Of a stretch of DNA of 64,000 nucleotides, positions 63,047-64,000 are shown one piece after another (positions within the stretch are counted from its first letter, which is position 1; each line of letters starts with the position of its first letter). Origin of the DNA: an uncultured Clostridia bacterium (GTDB lineage Bacteria > Bacillota > Clostridia > Christensenellales > CAG-917); the NCBI GenBank assembly GCA_947589475.1, contig CANQBO010000001.1, forward strand, positions 149,136 through 213,135, read 5' to 3'. The position numbers and the translations under genes were made by a program. A model generated the notes under the pieces. That model was not told the DNA's origin. It worked only from the letters and a program-made list of their open reading frames with translations, and searched no databases.

Positions 63047-63282
63047 GCGCGAGTTTAGCCACAACTTGGGAAATCACGATTTAAAAAGGCGAATGTGCGG
63101 TCTTATCTTTATTTGAGACGCAATAACTTCAATATTTTCACAAATCGTCGCTCGACTCGACAAATAAGTGCGCAACAGACAAATTCCGCTTGCGGAATAT
63201 AGATTTTTAATATATACTAGTTTTGTATATCGATTTTCGGCTGTAGTCCGTCCCGCAATGTGCGGCGGGCGTTTGGAGGCGT

Positions 63283-64000
63283 ATGAGGATAAACAGATAC
63301 CTTGCAGAGTGCGGAGTCGCTTCGCGCAGAAAGGCGGAGGAGCTTGTGCTCGCGGGCAGGGTGAGCGTAAACAAGAAAGTCGTCACATCCTTGGCTACGG
63401 ACATAGGCGACAAGGACGTCGTGTACGTGGACGGCAAAAAGGTCGTGCGCGTAACGCATTACGACTATATCATGCTGAACAAGCCGAAGGGATGCGTTAC
63501 GTCCGTCGACGATGAGGCGGACAACAAAAGCGGCATTCCTCAAAGGAAGGAGGAGCAGTCGGGACGCGCGTCCGAGCTTGGCAAGGGCACTGCTCAACCT
63601 GCGCAAAAGCCCGCGCACGCGGACAGGAAGCGTCGCACTGTCATGGACTATCTCACGGACGAGTGGAAAAATAAGCGCCTCTATCCCGTCGGCAGATTGG
63701 ACTATGACAGCGAGGGACTGATTTTGCTCACAAACGACGGCGAACTGACTTACAAACTCACGCATCCGTCCTCTGAGATCGCAAAGACATACGTTGTGCG
63801 CATTGAGGGCGATATAGAGGAGAGCGATCTTGCCACGCTCCGCAAGGGAGTGACAGTGGACGGCGTCAAATACGGCAAATGCAAGGTCAAGGTCACGGGG
63901 GTGGAGGAAGGTTCTACCCGCCTCGAAGTCGTGATATTCGAGGGAAAAAACAGGGAAATTCGCCGCATGTTCGAGGCTGTGGAGAAGAATGTCACTCTGC
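63283..64000 (+). CDS. rluB: RsuA/RluB-family pseudouridine synthase (5' part, runs off the window)
   Basis: Not in the track because the frame stays open to the window end. S4 domain MRINRYLAECGVASRRKAEELV, the catalytic PVGRLDYDSEGLILLTNDG and KTYVVRIEG. Confidence 0.85.
   Translation, partial: MRINRYLAECGVASRRKAEELVLAGRVSVNKKVVTSLATDIGDKDVVYVDGKKVVRVTHYDYIMLNKPKGCVTSVDDEADNKSGIPQRKEEQSGRASELGKGTAQPAQKPAHADRKRRTVMDYLTDEWKNKRLYPVGRLDYDSEGLILLTNDGELTYKLTHPSSEIAKTYVVRIEGDIEESDLATLRKGVTVDGVKYGKCKVKVTGVEEGSTRLEVVIFEGKNREIRRMFEAVEKNVTL

Noticed and set aside
1-64000. Scan for tRNA, rRNA, tmRNA, CRISPR arrays, transposases, integrases, phage genes, toxin-antitoxin or known defence systems.
   Set aside because: None were recognised by eye. 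Every sizeable ORF with a credible start is housekeeping, cell-envelope, division or sporulation related, or a short orphan. A computational scan (tRNAscan-SE, Rfam, DefenseFinder/PADLOC, ISfinder) would be needed to be certain.

Overview
This is a core chromosomal segment of an endospore-forming Firmicute with Clostridia-like gene order. It is moderately GC-rich with a strong third-position G/C bias, which produces many long antisense shadow ORFs in the track. I support about 65 protein genes. By eye I found no rRNA, tRNA, CRISPR array, transposase, integrase, phage gene or recognisable defence gene. Left part (1-34.5 kb): housekeeping genes. These are an S8 peptidase, a cysteine desulfurase with a DUF3343 partner, nth, nfnAB-like, obg, a nadD::yqeK fusion and rsfS. 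An FMN riboswitch then precedes ribU::tsaE-tsaB-rimI-hydrolase-murF(TM)-ddl. The remainder is a PdaB-like deacetylase, a two-OB-fold SSB-like protein, a GH36 alpha-galactosidase, yggS-sepF-lspA-rluD, a SLOG/DUF1273 gene, rqcH, tig-clpP-clpX-engB and a metallophosphoesterase. Right part: the division and cell-wall (dcw) cluster mraZ-rsmH-(FtsL-slot protein)-spoVD/ftsI-murE-mraY-murD-ftsW/spoVE-murA-ftsA-ftsZ. It runs directly into the sporulation block spoIIGA-sigE-sigG, followed by ylmC/ymxH, nrdR, an uninterrupted pro-sigK, spoIVB, two Dac carboxypeptidases, scpAB, ytfI/ytfJ-like genes and rluB. No self-contained accessory island is visible. The most unusual items are listed here.
1. An FMN riboswitch gates a single-ORF RibU::TsaE fusion.
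2. The MurF-type ligase has its N-domain replaced by a membrane domain and sits next to ddl, outside the dcw cluster.
3. A receiver-less Spo0A C-domain gene converges on spoIVB at the position where spo0A normally sits.
4. A Cys-bracketed, beta-rich orphan protein has a sigmaK-like promoter.
5. A three-tier nested hairpin leader lies upstream of the SLOG gene.
6. A 570-bp repeat- and palindrome-rich non-coding spacer splits the dcw operon.
7. A Tyr/Gly/Gln-rich protein occupies the FtsL slot.
8. A short intergenic motif recurs several times.
All of these rest on reading the sequence only. No database search or folding computation was possible.
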